Shown here: piece by piece, positions 39,588 to 49,441 of the stretch | How positions within the stretch are numbered: the stretch's first letter is position 1 | Layout: the number at the start of each line of letters is the position of its first letter | Assembly (NCBI GenBank): GCA_965221775.1 | Contig: CBDCSU010000006.1 | Coordinates: 288,001-352,000, forward strand | From: Candidatus Latescibacterota bacterium | GTDB taxonomy: Bacteria; Latescibacterota; UBA2968; UBA8231 | Reading direction: 5' to 3' | DNA length: 64,000 nucleotides | The notes under the pieces: model-generated | What the model was told of the DNA's origin: nothing | The model's input: only the letters and a program-made list of their open reading frames with translations | The model's database searches: none | Translations under genes and position numbers: made by a program

Positions 39588-40804
39588 GGGCTCTCCACCT
39601 CCTCCACCTGGCATCGCGCCGCTCCCTCGGAAAAGCGCAGGCGCAGGCGCTCCCCCGGCTGCAGCTCGGCGGCGGCGCGCACCCGGCGGCCGTCGCGCTC
39701 GCGCTGGCAATAGGCGAATCCTCCGGCGAGGCTGCGCAGGGGATTGCGCGCGTCGAGGCGCAGCAGGGACCGCTCGAAGCGGCCGCGGTGGGAACCCAGG
39801 CAGCCGTCGAGGGCGGCCGCCAGCCGGGCGCGGGACTCGTCGAGGGTCTGGGACCGCTGGTCGACGCCATCGGTCAGGCGGACGGCCAGCCGCCCGGGGC
39901 GCAAAGCCTCGAGGCGCTGGCGGTTGTGATCCAGGCGCGCCTGCACCGCCCGCAGCAGCCGCCCGCGCCGGTCGTCGAGACGCTCCCGCAGGAGGACGCG
40001 CTCGCGCGTGACCAGCTCGGCCGCCGCCGAAGGGGTGGAGGCGCGCACGTCGGCCACGTAATCGGCGATGGTGTGGTCGATCTCGTGGCCCACGGCGGTC
40101 ACCACGGGAAGGGCCGACGAGTGGATCGCCCGGGCCACGCTCTCGTCGTTGAAGGGCCACAGGTCCTCCGGCGAGCCCCCGCCGCGTCCGACGACGACGA
40201 CGTCGACGCCTCCGAAGCGGTTGAGCCGGTCGACGGCGGCGGCGATCTCGCCCGGCGCGCCCGCGCCCTGGACGCGCGCCGGCGCCAGCACCACGGGCAG
40301 GCCGGGCGCCCGGCGCCCCAGGACCTTGACGATGTCGCGGATGGCGGCCCCCGTCGGCGAGGTGACGACGCCCACGGCGCGGGGATAGTCCGGCAGGGGG
40401 CGCTTGTGCCGCGCCTCGAAGAGTCCCTCCTCCGCCAGGCGCGCGCGCAGTTGCTCGAAGGCCAGGGCGATCTCGCCGACGCCGGAGGGACGCAAGCGGT
40501 ACACGTAGAACTGGTAGCGTCCGCCACGCTCGTACACGGAGAGGTTGCCGTAGGCCAGGACCTTCATCCCCGGTTCCGGATCGAACCGGAGCTGCGAGGC
40601 GTAGGAGCGGAACATGACGCAGCCGAGCTGGCTGCGCTCGTCGGCCAGGCCCATGTAGATGTGCCCGGAAGCCGGCCGCGCCAGCTCCGAGATCTCCCCC
40701 TCCACCCAGCAGAAGGGCAGGGCCTCCTCCAGGGCCTGGCGGACGCGGGCGGTGACGTCGGAGACGCTGAGGGGGCCGGCGAGGGCCTCGGAGGCGCCGC
40801 TCAT
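39584..40804 (-). CDS. xseA: Exodeoxyribonuclease VII large subunit
   Basis: WVEGEIS, SGHIY, GVVTSPTGAAIRD, GRGGGSPEDLWPFN, AVGHEID and TPSAAAE. Confidence 0.95.
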   Translation of the reverse strand: MSGASEALAGPLSVSDVTARVRQALEEALPFCWVEGEISELARPASGHIYMGLADERSQLGCVMFRSYASQLRFDPEPGMKVLAYGNLSVYERGGRYQFYVYRLRPSGVGEIALAFEQLRARLAEEGLFEARHKRPLPDYPRAVGVVTSPTGAAIRDIVKVLGRRAPGLPVVLAPARVQGAGAPGEIAAAVDRLNRFGGVDVVVVGRGGGSPEDLWPFNDESVARAIHSSALPVVTAVGHEIDHTIADYVADVRASTPSAAAELVTRERVLLRERLDDRRGRLLRAVQARLDHNRQRLEALRPGRLAVRLTDGVDQRSQTLDESRARLAAALDGCLGSHRGRFERSLLRLDARNPLRSLAGGFAYCQRERDGRRVRAAAELQPGERLRLRFSEGAARCQVEEVESP

Positions 40805-40805
40805 C

Positions 40806-41621
40806 TCAGTCCTCGTCACCCACGTCGGCGGAGCCGGCGCCCGTGAGGGGCATCTGAAGGCGCTCGATGCCGGTGGCCATGCCGCTGGCGTCGTCCACCT
40901 CGATCAGGGCGCCGCAGAACCAGGGCACGCCGTCGGCCGGCTTGAAACGCGCCGGCACCTGGTTGAGGAACCGGCGGACGGCGATCTCGCTGCGCGTCCC
41001 GATGACCGAGTCGCGCACCCCCGTCATGCCGGCGTCCGTCAGGTAGGCCGTGCCCCGCGGCAGGAGGCGCTCGTCGGCGGTCTGCACGTGGGTGTGGGTT
41101 CCGATGACGGCCGACGCACGGCCGTCGAGATGGTAGCCGAGGGCGACCTTCTCCGCCGTGGCCTCGGCGTGGAAGTCGACGACCACGATCGGCGTCCGTC
41201 CCCTCAGCCGGTCGACCTCGGCCCGCCCGCGGGCGAAGGGGCAATCGATGGCGGGCATGAAGGTGCGCCCCTGCAGGTTGACGACGGCCACCGGCAGCCC
41301 GTTGCGCGCCTCGGCTACCGTCGATCCGCACCCGGGGGCCGCCACGGGGTAGTTCAGGGGCCGCAGGACCCGGTCGAGGGTGTCGAGGCGGCCGACGAAG
41401 TCGGCCCGGTTCCAGATGTGGTTTCCCGAGGTGATCACGTCGACGCCGTAGGCGTGGAGCTTGCGCCGGATGTTGTCTGTCAGGCCGAAGCCGCCCGCGG
41501 CGTTCTCGCCGTTGGCGATGCAGAACTGCACGTCCCGCTCCTGGATCAGCTTCGGGATGAACTCCGCCGCGGCCCGGCGGCCGGGGCGGGCGTAGATGTC
41601 GGCGACGAAGAGAATTCTCAA
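40806..41621 (-). CDS. ymdB: YmdB/TIGR00282 family metallophosphoesterase
   Basis: ANGENAAGG, TSGNHIW, VDFHAEATAEK, GTHTHVQTAD and TDAGMTG. Conserved position after rny. Confidence 0.92.
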   Translation of the reverse strand: MRILFVADIYARPGRRAAAEFIPKLIQERDVQFCIANGENAAGGFGLTDNIRRKLHAYGVDVITSGNHIWNRADFVGRLDTLDRVLRPLNYPVAAPGCGSTVAEARNGLPVAVVNLQGRTFMPAIDCPFARGRAEVDRLRGRTPIVVVDFHAEATAEKVALGYHLDGRASAVIGTHTHVQTADERLLPRGTAYLTDAGMTGVRDSVIGTRSEIAVRRFLNQVPARFKPADGVPWFCGALIEVDDASGMATGIERLQMPLTGAGSADVGDED

Positions 41622-41708
41622 GCGAAGTCCCTGTGGGTCGGGTGCGGGCCCACCTGCCGTTGGACATCGGGGAGCGAAACCGGAAAGGTAAGCAGCGGGT
41701 CCGGCGGC

Positions 41709-43289
41709 CTAGCGGGCGAAGTGGACGGCGCGGACCTCGCGGATGACGAGGACCTTGATCTGGCCGTGCTGGCCGAGTTCCTCCTCCAGGTCGCAGGCGA
41801 TCTCGTCGGCGAGCTGGTCGGCATAGGCGTCGTCGACGGCGCCGCTGTCCACGAGGACGCGGACCTCCCGGCCGTTCTGGAGGGCGAAGGCGTGCCGCAC
41901 GCCTGGATGGTCGAGGGCGATCTCCTCGATGTTGTGCATGCGGCGGATGTAGTCCTCCACCTTCCCCTTGAGGGCGCCGGGCCGGTTGGTGGAGATCTCG
42001 TCGGCGGCTTCCACGAGGATGGACAGGGCCGACCGGCCCGGCAGGTGCGGAACGTGGTTCTCGATCACCTCCGCCACCTCGGAGCTCTCGCCGCACTTGC
42101 GGGCCAGGGCGGCGCTGGCCTGGGCGGGATCGGAGCCGACTTCCTGGTCGAGGGCTTTGGCCACGTCGTGGAGCAGGCCGGCGCGCCTGGCCAGGGCGAT
42201 GTCCATGTCGAGCTCCTCGGCCATCATGCCGGCCAGGAGCCCGACCTCCTTGCTGTGGACGAGCAGGTTCTGCCCGTAGCTGGTGCGGAAGCGCAGCTTT
42301 CCCAGGTGCTCCAGGAGAGGCTCGGCCATGTCGTGGATGCCGAGGTCGAAAGCCGCCTGGGACCCGGACTCGCGGATCAGCTCCTCCGCGTCCTCCAGGC
42401 ACTTGGTGTAGACCTCCTCGATCCGGCCGGGGTGGATGCGGCCGTCGAGGATCAGCTTCTCCAGGGTGTTCTTGGCGACTTCCCGGCGCAAGGGATCGAA
42501 GCTGGAGAGCATGACCACTCCGGGCGTGTCGTCGACGATGACCTCGACGCCGGTGGTCATGTCGAAGGAACGGATATTGCGGCCGTCGCGGCCGATGATG
42601 CGGCCCTTCATGTCGTCGTTGGGCAGGGAGACGTCGGAGACCGTGCTCTCCATGGCCAGCCGGCCGGCGAAGCGCTGAATCGACCGGGCGATGATCTCCT
42701 TGGCCTCGCGGTTGGCGTTGGCGATGGCGTGATCCTTGATCTGCCTGACCTTGCGCGCCGCGTACTGGCGCGCCCTCGCCTCCTGCTGCTCGATGAGGAG
42801 GCGGCGCGCCTCGGGCATGCTCAGACCGGCGATCTCCTCGAGCCGCTCACGCTGCTGCCTCGTCATGTCGCCGACGCGGGCCTCCTCGGCGGTGATCGAC
42901 TCCTCCCTCCGGGACTGCTCCTGCTCGGTCTTGAGGAGGCTGCGCTCCTTGCTCTCGAGGACGTCGACCTTGCGGTCGAGCTGTTGCTCCCGCTCCTGCA
43001 GATCGGTCTCGAACTGGCGCAGGGAGCGCCTGGCGTTCTCCAGCTCGCGGTCCAGGGGCTCGCGCTGCCGCCGCCACTCGTCCTTGGCCTCGAGGGTGGC
43101 GGTCTTCTTGAGGGTCTCGGCCTCGCCCCGGGCCTCCTCGAGGACGCGCGCCGCTTCCTCGCGCGAGGAAGCGAGCCGGTTTCCCCGGCGCCGGCCGTTG
43201 ACCAGCCATCCCGAGATGAAACCGAGCCCCAGCACGGCCAGGGCGAGAACCCCGGCCCCGAGGACCACGATCGTCTGGCCCGGGGACAT
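41709..43289 (-). CDS. rny: Ribonuclease Y
   Basis: N-terminal TM and coiled coil, KH domain (MKGRIIGRDGRNIR), FRTSYGQN, HD domain (GLLHD) and GREVRV. Confidence 0.95.
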   Translation of the reverse strand: MSPGQTIVVLGAGVLALAVLGLGFISGWLVNGRRRGNRLASSREEAARVLEEARGEAETLKKTATLEAKDEWRRQREPLDRELENARRSLRQFETDLQEREQQLDRKVDVLESKERSLLKTEQEQSRREESITAEEARVGDMTRQQRERLEEIAGLSMPEARRLLIEQQEARARQYAARKVRQIKDHAIANANREAKEIIARSIQRFAGRLAMESTVSDVSLPNDDMKGRIIGRDGRNIRSFDMTTGVEVIVDDTPGVVMLSSFDPLRREVAKNTLEKLILDGRIHPGRIEEVYTKCLEDAEELIRESGSQAAFDLGIHDMAEPLLEHLGKLRFRTSYGQNLLVHSKEVGLLAGMMAEELDMDIALARRAGLLHDVAKALDQEVGSDPAQASAALARKCGESSEVAEVIENHVPHLPGRSALSILVEAADEISTNRPGALKGKVEDYIRRMHNIEEIALDHPGVRHAFALQNGREVRVLVDSGAVDDAYADQLADEIACDLEEELGQHGQIKVLVIREVRAVHFAR

Positions 43290-43636
43290 CAATCGTCGCG
43301 GCCGGAGGTGGAGACGCCGGCGTCTTGCGGCGCCACCTCCTCGGCGTCGCGGAAGATGCGTCCGAGGGATTCGGTGAGGCGGTGGGTGCGCTCCGAGAGG
43401 TCGGCCTCCACGTTGGAGACCTCGTCCTGCAGGTACAGCAACTCGTCTATCAGCTCGAGGCCGGCGAGCACCGCCGTCTGGATCGGCGTGCTGCCGTCGT
43501 ACTGGACCTCGCGCATCTTGGCGTCCACGAGCTCGGCCGCCTTCTGGATCTGGCGGTCCGTCTCCTCCCCCCGGGAGGCGAAGGCGTACTGCCGGCCCAG
43601 GATGGCGACCTTGGTCGTGCGGACGGCGGGCGCCAT
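43289..43636 (-). CDS. zapA: Cell division protein ZapA
   Basis: VAILGRQY...AAELVDAKMREV...AVLAGL. Conserved pheT-zapB-zapA-rny order. Confidence 0.85.
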   Translation of the reverse strand: MAPAVRTTKVAILGRQYAFASRGEETDRQIQKAAELVDAKMREVQYDGSTPIQTAVLAGLELIDELLYLQDEVSNVEADLSERTHRLTESLGRIFRDAEEVAPQDAGVSTSGRDD

Positions 43637-43643
43637 CGCGGCC

Positions 43644-43898
43644 TCAGGAATCCACGGCCTCGAGCCGGGACAACAGGCACTCGAGGCGTTCCTTGGCCTG
43701 CCGGTTGCGCTCCGTCGACTGGCGCTGCTCCTCACCGGCCTCGCTCAGGCGGGTCTGCAACCCTTCGATCTGCTGCCGGGCGTCGGCGGCCTGCTTGCGC
43801 AGGGCCGCGTTCTCGGTGCGGAACTGCTCGAGTACCTCCAGCAGGCGGTTCACCTCATCCTCCAGGCGCTGGAAATTGCTGTCCACGTGCTCGGTCAT
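43644..43898 (-). CDS. ZapB-like coiled-coil protein
   Basis: 84-aa heptad coiled coil (FQRLEDEVNRLL..) between pheT and zapA. Confidence 0.75.
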   Translation of the reverse strand: MTEHVDSNFQRLEDEVNRLLEVLEQFRTENAALRKQAADARQQIEGLQTRLSEAGEEQRQSTERNRQAKERLECLLSRLEAVDS

Positions 43899-46297
43899 GG
43901 TCTCCTCGGTGTCCCTGTCTGTCTCAGTCGTGCCCCGAAAGCCCCCCGCAGACGTTCGAGGGCGTCATCCAGGATCCTGTCGGCATCGCCGTCCTCGAGC
44001 GTCCGTTCCGCCGATCTCAGCCGCAGGGAGAAGGCGAGGCTCCGCTTGCCCGCCTCGACCTGGTCCCCCCTGTAGACGTCGAAGAGGTCGACGCGCTCCA
44101 CGAGATCGGGGGCCGCCGACCGGATCGCGGCCTCCGCCTGCCCGGCGGGAATGGCCTCATCGAGGACCACCGCCAGGTCGCGTTCGACCGCGGGGAACCT
44201 GGGGAGCGGGTGAAAGGCGGAGGGCCGCTGCGCCCAGGCGTCGAACAGCTCGGAGAGCTCAAGCTCAAAGATATGGGTGTCCCGATCGAGATCAAAGCGG
44301 GCGACGAGGGAGGGATCGACCTGCCCCAAGGCCCCCAGGATGCGGTCCCCGAGGCGGATACGGGCCCCGTGCCCCGCGCGCCAGGGAGAGCCTTCCGCCG
44401 GTTCGAAGCAGATCCCGTCGATCCCCTGCAGGAGGCCGTCGAGGGCGCCCTTGAGATCGAGGAAATCCACCTCCCGCTGTTCGGCCCGCCAGGTGGAGGC
44501 CGACAACCCTCCGGCGAGCAGGCCGCCCGCCCGCAGGGACTCGCCGTGGCCGCCGCCGTCGGCGGCGATGAACACCCGCCCGATCTCGAAGATCCCCACG
44601 CCGGGGGACCGTTGATGGAAGTTCCTCCGGGCCACGTCGAGCAGACCCGGCACCAGGCTCGTGCGCAGGCTGGACACACCCTGGGCGGGAGGGTTGGCGA
44701 GGCGGCAGGCCACGGGTCCGCTCAGTTCCGCCCAGTCGTCGGCGACGATGCTGGAAGTGACGGCCTCGTCCAGTCCCGCCGCGGTGAGCAGCCGGCGGAC
44801 TCGGCGCTGGCCGTCGTAGCCCGCTCCCGCCGGGCCGGGGGGCGGGCCCCGCAGCTCGCTCCGGGCGGGAACCTCCTCGTACCCGTGGACCCTGCCCACC
44901 TCCTCCACGAGGTCGATCTCGCGCTCGAGGTCGGGCCGGAAGGACGGGGCCTCCACTTGCAGGACCCCCGCGCCTCCCTCGCTCACCGCGCAGCCCAGGC
45001 TCTCGAGGATCCGCCGGCACCGGGCGGGGCCGACGTCGACGGCCAGCAGCGAGGCGGCCCTGGACGGGCGCAGCCGGATGCGGCGCCGCTGCAGGGCGGC
45101 GGGCATCACATCGATGCAGCCCGGGGCGGGCCGGGCGCCCGCGATCTCGGCCATCAGGGCGGCGGCGCGGGCGCTGGCCGCCGCCGGGAGGTCCCAGTCG
45201 ACGCCGCGCTCGAAGCGGAAGGAGGCCTCGGTCCGGATGCCGAGGCGAGAGGAGAGGCTGCGCACCCGGCGCGGGTCGAAGTACGCGGCTTCGAGCAGCA
45301 CCTCCATGGTCCCTTCGTTGACCTCCGACTCGGCGCCCCCCATGACCCCGGCGAGGGCCACGGGACGGCTGGCGTCGGCGATGACGAGGGCCGAGCCGTC
45401 GAGTTCGTGGTCGCCGCCGTCGAGGGTCCGCAACGCCTCGCCGGGGCGGGCCCCGCGGACCACGATCCGGCCCTCCTGCAGCCGATGCAGGTCGAAGGCG
45501 TGGAGCGGCTGGCCGAGCTCGAGCATGACGAAGTTGGTCACGTCGACGATGTTGTTCACCGGGCGCTGGCCGACGGCCCGCAACCGGTCCTGAAGCCACC
45601 GGGGCGAGGGGCCGACGGCGACCTGGCGCAGGATCCGGGCCACGTAACGGGGACAGCCCTCGGCGTCCACGATCTCCACCCCGGTGGAGGCGGCCGCCGG
45701 CTCGCCGCTCTCGCACAGCTCGGGGACCGGGAGGCGGAGTCGGGCGCCGGTCAGGGCGGCGACCTCGCGGGCGACCCCCGCCACGCTGAGGCAGTCGGGC
45801 CGGTTCGGGGTGACCTCGAAGTCCATGACGACGTCGTCCAGGCCCGCCGCCTCCGCCATGGGGGAACCCGCTCGGCAGTCCCCGGGCAGCACCAGGATGC
45901 CTTCGTCATCCTCGCCGAGGCCGAGCTCGGCCTCGGAGCAGATCATGCCCTCGGAGCGGATGCCCCGGAGCTCGACCTTCTCGATGCGGGTGCCGTCGGG
46001 CAGGGCGCAGCCGGGCAGCACCACGGGAACCATCTGGCCGGCGGCCACGTTGGCGGCGCCGCAGACGATCCGAGCCGGTTCCGGGCGCCCTACGTCCACC
46101 CGGCAGACGGACAGGCGGTCGGCCTTCGGGTGGGGGGCGCTCTCCAGCACCCGTCCGACGACGATCCCCGACAGGCGCGCGCCAAGGTCCTCGACGCTCT
46201 CGGCCTCCAGGCCGGCCATGGTCAGGCGGTGGACCAGCTCTTCGGGAGTCGAGTCTACGTCCACGTACTCGCGCAGCCAGTTCAGCGTGATCTTCAT
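43895..46297 (-). CDS. pheT: Phenylalanine-tRNA ligase beta subunit
   Basis: MKITLNWLREY, HPKADRL, TPNRPDCLS, GQPLHAFD, RFERGVD and FPAVERDLA. Confidence 0.97.
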   Translation of the reverse strand: MKITLNWLREYVDVDSTPEELVHRLTMAGLEAESVEDLGARLSGIVVGRVLESAPHPKADRLSVCRVDVGRPEPARIVCGAANVAAGQMVPVVLPGCALPDGTRIEKVELRGIRSEGMICSEAELGLGEDDEGILVLPGDCRAGSPMAEAAGLDDVVMDFEVTPNRPDCLSVAGVAREVAALTGARLRLPVPELCESGEPAAASTGVEIVDAEGCPRYVARILRQVAVGPSPRWLQDRLRAVGQRPVNNIVDVTNFVMLELGQPLHAFDLHRLQEGRIVVRGARPGEALRTLDGGDHELDGSALVIADASRPVALAGVMGGAESEVNEGTMEVLLEAAYFDPRRVRSLSSRLGIRTEASFRFERGVDWDLPAAASARAAALMAEIAGARPAPGCIDVMPAALQRRRIRLRPSRAASLLAVDVGPARCRRILESLGCAVSEGGAGVLQVEAPSFRPDLEREIDLVEEVGRVHGYEEVPARSELRGPPPGPAGAGYDGQRRVRRLLTAAGLDEAVTSSIVADDWAELSGPVACRLANPPAQGVSSLRTSLVPGLLDVARRNFHQRSPGVGIFEIGRVFIAADGGGHGESLRAGGLLAGGLSASTWRAEQREVDFLDLKGALDGLLQGIDGICFEPAEGSPWRAGHGARIRLGDRILGALGQVDPSLVARFDLDRDTHIFELELSELFDAWAQRPSAFHPLPRFPAVERDLAVVLDEAIPAGQAEAAIRSAAPDLVERVDLFDVYRGDQVEAGKRSLAFSLRLRSAERTLEDGDADRILDDALERLRGAFGARLRQTGTPRRP

Positions 46298-46309
46298 CCC
46301 ATCCGCCCC

Positions 46310-47344
46310 TCAGCCGGTCCCGAACTGGCGCGTGAACCTGAGGTCGCTCTCGAGGAAGAGCCGGATGTCGTCGATCCCGTGGCGGATCATGGCCACGCGC
46401 TCGATCCCGAAGCCGAAGGCGAAGCCCGTGTACTTCTCGGCATCGTAACCGACGGCGCTGAAGACCTCCGGATCGACCATGCCGGCGCCGCCGATCTCGA
46501 TCCAGCCCGTGCCCTTGCAGACCCGGCAGCGCCCCCCATCCGAGCTCCCCGTGCCGCCGCAGAGGGTGCAGGAGAAGTCGTACTCGACGCTCGGTTCGGT
46601 GAAGGGGAAGAAGTGGGGCCGGAAGCGGATTCTCGTGTCGGCGCCGAGGACACGTCGGCCGAGGGCGGTCAGGGTCCCCTTGAGCTCGGCCATGGAGACC
46701 CCCCGGTCGACGTACAGCCCCTCGATCTGGTGGAAGACCATGTGGTGGGTGGCGTCGACGCTCTCCTTGCGGTAGCAGCGGCCCACGGACAGCACCCGGA
46801 CCGGGGGCGGCTGACGTTCCATCACCCGGATCTGCACCGTCGAGGTATGGGTGCGCAGGAGCCGCCCGTCGGTGAGGTAGAAGGTGTCCTGCTCGTCGCG
46901 GGCCGGGTGGTCGGCTGGGGTGTTGAGGGCGTCGAAGTTGTGATGCTCGTCCTCGACCTCCGGGCCGTCGGCGACGGTGAAGCCCATCTGCCGCAGGGCG
47001 TCGACGAGCTCGTCGGCGGTGGCCGACAGCGGATGGGTGTGGCCGCGCCGCTGAGGCCGCCCGGGGAGGGTGAAGTCGATGGCCGCCGCCGACTCCGCCG
47101 CCTTCTCCAGTGCCTGCTGGCGCCCCTCGAGAGCGTCGGCGATCTGCTTCTGCGCCTTCCCCGCCGCCTGGCCCACCGAGGGGCGCTGGTCGCCGGGGAG
47201 GTCGCCGATGCCGCCGAGGATCCGCCGCAACCGGCTGCGGCGTCCGGTGAACCTCACCCTCACCTCGTCGAGGGCCTTCAGCTCCTCCGCGGCGTCGACG
47301 GCCTCCAGGGCCTGCTGCCGGATTTCCTCGATCTCATTCAACAT
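46310..47344 (-). CDS. pheS: Phenylalanine-tRNA ligase alpha subunit
   Basis: HPARDEQDTFY, LRTHTS, FHQIEGL, FPFTEPS and GFAFGFGIER. Has a CxxC...CxxC insert. Confidence 0.97.
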   Translation of the reverse strand: MLNEIEEIRQQALEAVDAAEELKALDEVRVRFTGRRSRLRRILGGIGDLPGDQRPSVGQAAGKAQKQIADALEGRQQALEKAAESAAAIDFTLPGRPQRRGHTHPLSATADELVDALRQMGFTVADGPEVEDEHHNFDALNTPADHPARDEQDTFYLTDGRLLRTHTSTVQIRVMERQPPPVRVLSVGRCYRKESVDATHHMVFHQIEGLYVDRGVSMAELKGTLTALGRRVLGADTRIRFRPHFFPFTEPSVEYDFSCTLCGGTGSSDGGRCRVCKGTGWIEIGGAGMVDPEVFSAVGYDAEKYTGFAFGFGIERVAMIRHGIDDIRLFLESDLRFTRQFGTG

Positions 47345-47488
47345 ACGGGTCCTGATCCCTCGAGCTGGGCGCCGGGCGGGGGCGACGCCGGAGACGACAG
47401 ACCGGTCGGCTCCGGGGTTCGTCCTGGGGGATCGGGAAATCGGGACCGGCGGGGCCCCGAAGGCCCCGTCCACCGGCTGGCGCCGGTC

Positions 47489-47842
47489 TTACAAGTGGGC
47501 CTTCGCCTGATCGACGATGGCCGTAAACGCCTCCGGATCGCGCACCGCGAGGTCGGCCAGCACCTTGCGGTTGACCTTCACCTCGGCGCGGTCGAGCCCG
47601 CTGATCAGCCGGCTGTACGACAACCCCTGTAGCCGGGCGGCGGCGTTGATCCGCGTGATCCACAGGCGGCGCATGTCGCGCTTGCGGTTGCGGCGGTCCC
47701 GGTAGGCGTAGGCCTGGGCGCGGTCGACCGCCTCGCGGGCGGTCCGGAACAGGCGGCTGCGACCGCCGAAGTACCCCCGGGCCTGCTTGAGGACCTTCTT
47801 GTGGCGTCGGCGGGAGGCGACGCGGTTGCGCGCACGAGGCAT
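47489..47842 (-). CDS. rplT: 50S ribosomal protein L20
   Basis: [26 protein letters not shown] and NRKVLADLA. Confidence 0.98.
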   Translation of the reverse strand: MPRARNRVASRRRHKKVLKQARGYFGGRSRLFRTAREAVDRAQAYAYRDRRNRKRDMRRLWITRINAAARLQGLSYSRLISGLDRAEVKVNRKVLADLAVRDPEAFTAIVDQAKAHL

Positions 47843-47852
47843 GGACGGGCTC

Positions 47853-48047
47853 CTACTTCAGACCCAGCGAGCGCCGCACGTTGTCGAGATTGGCCGGTGA
47901 CACGCTCTCGTTCTTCCGCAGGGCGCGCTTGCGCTTGGTGGAGCGCTTGCCCAGGAAGTGGTCGCCGAAGGCCCTCCGGCGCTTGAGGCCGTTCCCGCGC
48001 TTCTTGATGCGCTTCGCCGTGGACTTGTGAGTCTTGATCTTTGGCAT
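47853..48047 (-). CDS. rpmI: 50S ribosomal protein L35
   Basis: [13 protein letters not shown]...KRKRALR, immediately upstream of rplT. Confidence 0.95.
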   Translation of the reverse strand: MPKIKTHKSTAKRIKKRGNGLKRRRAFGDHFLGKRSTKRKRALRKNESVSPANLDNVRRSLGLK

Positions 48048-48095
48048 GACGGCAATCCTGGCCCTCTTGAGGGGACCCTGCTGGTCAGCCAGAGG

Positions 48096-48124
48096 AGAAT
48101 AGGGGTGAGCTCCGCTTATGTCAA
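48096..48124 (-). promoter_or_regulatory. Sigma-70 promoter for rpmI-rplT
   Basis: TTGACA-17 bp-TATTCT on the minus strand, about 50 bp upstream of the rpmI ATG. Confidence 0.7.
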
Positions 48125-48255
48125 TGACGCCAAGCACCCCCGGGATCGTGGAGCAGTCGGCCAACCAATTGAGCGACAAGCTCTTGCGTGATCTGGAGGA
48201 TCGCCGCTCCCCGGGGGCCGCCTCGGCCAGCGTCCCCTGCCGTGAGGCCGGCGGG

Positions 48256-48534
48256 TCAGGCGGTCCGCTCTTCCAGGAACTCCCGTACCGCCGGGCGCAG
48301 GAACACGTCTTCCAGCGGCAACCGGGCCAGGGCTCGGGCCATCAGGTCGACGCGCTCCGGCAGCGACAGCTGCCGGTCGAGGAGGATGCAGTTCTGTCCG
48401 CGCAGGCGGAAGAGGCCGCCCCGGCTGCCGTCGAGATCCTCGCGGCGAATCTCCACCGACAGCTGCGAGGCCACCGCCTCCAGTTCCTGCAACAGGCGGG
48501 CCTCCTCGGCGTCCGGTTGGTCAGGGAGGGGCAT
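48256..48534 (-). CDS. Small hypothetical protein
   Basis: LEAVASQLSVEIRRE...GGLFRLRGQ..ILLD..L...LEDVFLRPAVRE pattern with host codon usage. Confidence 0.7.
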   Translation of the reverse strand: MPLPDQPDAEEARLLQELEAVASQLSVEIRREDLDGSRGGLFRLRGQNCILLDRQLSLPERVDLMARALARLPLEDVFLRPAVREFLEERTA

Positions 48535-48589
48535 GTCGGTAATATACGGCCGATACGGCCACCTGAACGCGCCTGCCGATCGAGCCATT

Positions 48590-49441
48590 GTGAGAGACAG
48601 CCTTCCCCAGCCCGGGGAGGACCGCGCCCGCGGGGAAGACCCGTGGATTCTGGTCACCAACGACGACGGCGTCGACTCCCCGGCCCTGCTCCCCCTGCTG
48701 GCCTCGCTCGGGACGCTGGGCCCGGCGCGCGCCCTGGTCCCGGACCGCGAGTGCAGCTGGTCCTCCAAGACGCTGACCCGCTTCGGCCGCCTCAGGCTCC
48801 GCCGGGTGAGCGCCGGGGATCGGACGCTGCACACTCTCGACGGCTCCCCCGCGGACTGCGCGAATGCGGGAGTCCACAATCTGGCGGCGTCGCCGCCCCG
48901 CCTCGCGGTCTCCGGGATCAACATCGGCGCCAATGCCGGCCTCGCCTTTCTGCTCAGTTCGGGCACGGTCGGCGCCGCCGTCGAGGCCGCCCTCAGCGGC
49001 GTCCCCGCCGTGGCCTTCTCGCTGCAGTTGCGCCCCGACGACTACGCTCGCTGGCGCAGCGACCGGCGCGACTCCCTGCCTCCCGGCGCCTGGGAGCAGG
49101 CGGCGGCGGTGGCCCGCGAGATCACCTCCGAGGTTCTTCGAGGGGGGCTCCCCGAGGGGGCCCGGCTGCTCTCGGTGAACCTTCCCCCCGGTGCGGGTCC
49201 CGGCACGCGCCGGGTGCTGACCCGGGTCACACCGAGCGCCTACGGGCGGTTCTTCCGCCACGACGGCGACGGCCGCCTGGAGCACGTCTCCTCCGGCCTG
49301 CGGCGTCACCGCGAGTTGGAGGACGGGGATCTGGACGTCCTGGAGAAGGGATGGGTCTCGATCACGCCCCTGAGCCTGGGGCTGGACATCAGCGCGGCGG
49401 CAGGGGATCGGTCCCGCTTCGAGCGCGCCTCCGGATGCTGA
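48590..49441 (+). CDS. surE: 5'/3'-nucleotidase SurE
   Basis: ILVTNDDG, DGSPADC, SGINIGAN, SGTVGAA and SITPL. Start is approximate. Confidence 0.9.
   Translation: MRDSLPQPGEDRARGEDPWILVTNDDGVDSPALLPLLASLGTLGPARALVPDRECSWSSKTLTRFGRLRLRRVSAGDRTLHTLDGSPADCANAGVHNLAASPPRLAVSGINIGANAGLAFLLSSGTVGAAVEAALSGVPAVAFSLQLRPDDYARWRSDRRDSLPPGAWEQAAAVAREITSEVLRGGLPEGARLLSVNLPPGAGPGTRRVLTRVTPSAYGRFFRHDGDGRLEHVSSGLRRHRELEDGDLDVLEKGWVSITPLSLGLDISAAAGDRSRFERASGC

Noticed and set aside
43289-43300. 6S RNA expected downstream of zapA
   Set aside because: The zapA stop overlaps the rny start, leaving no intergenic space.
47447-47477. GC hairpin with a UUCG-like loop between rplT and pheS as a pheS attenuator or T-box
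   Set aside because: No Phe-rich leader peptide or T-box motif. Probably a simple terminator or stability hairpin.
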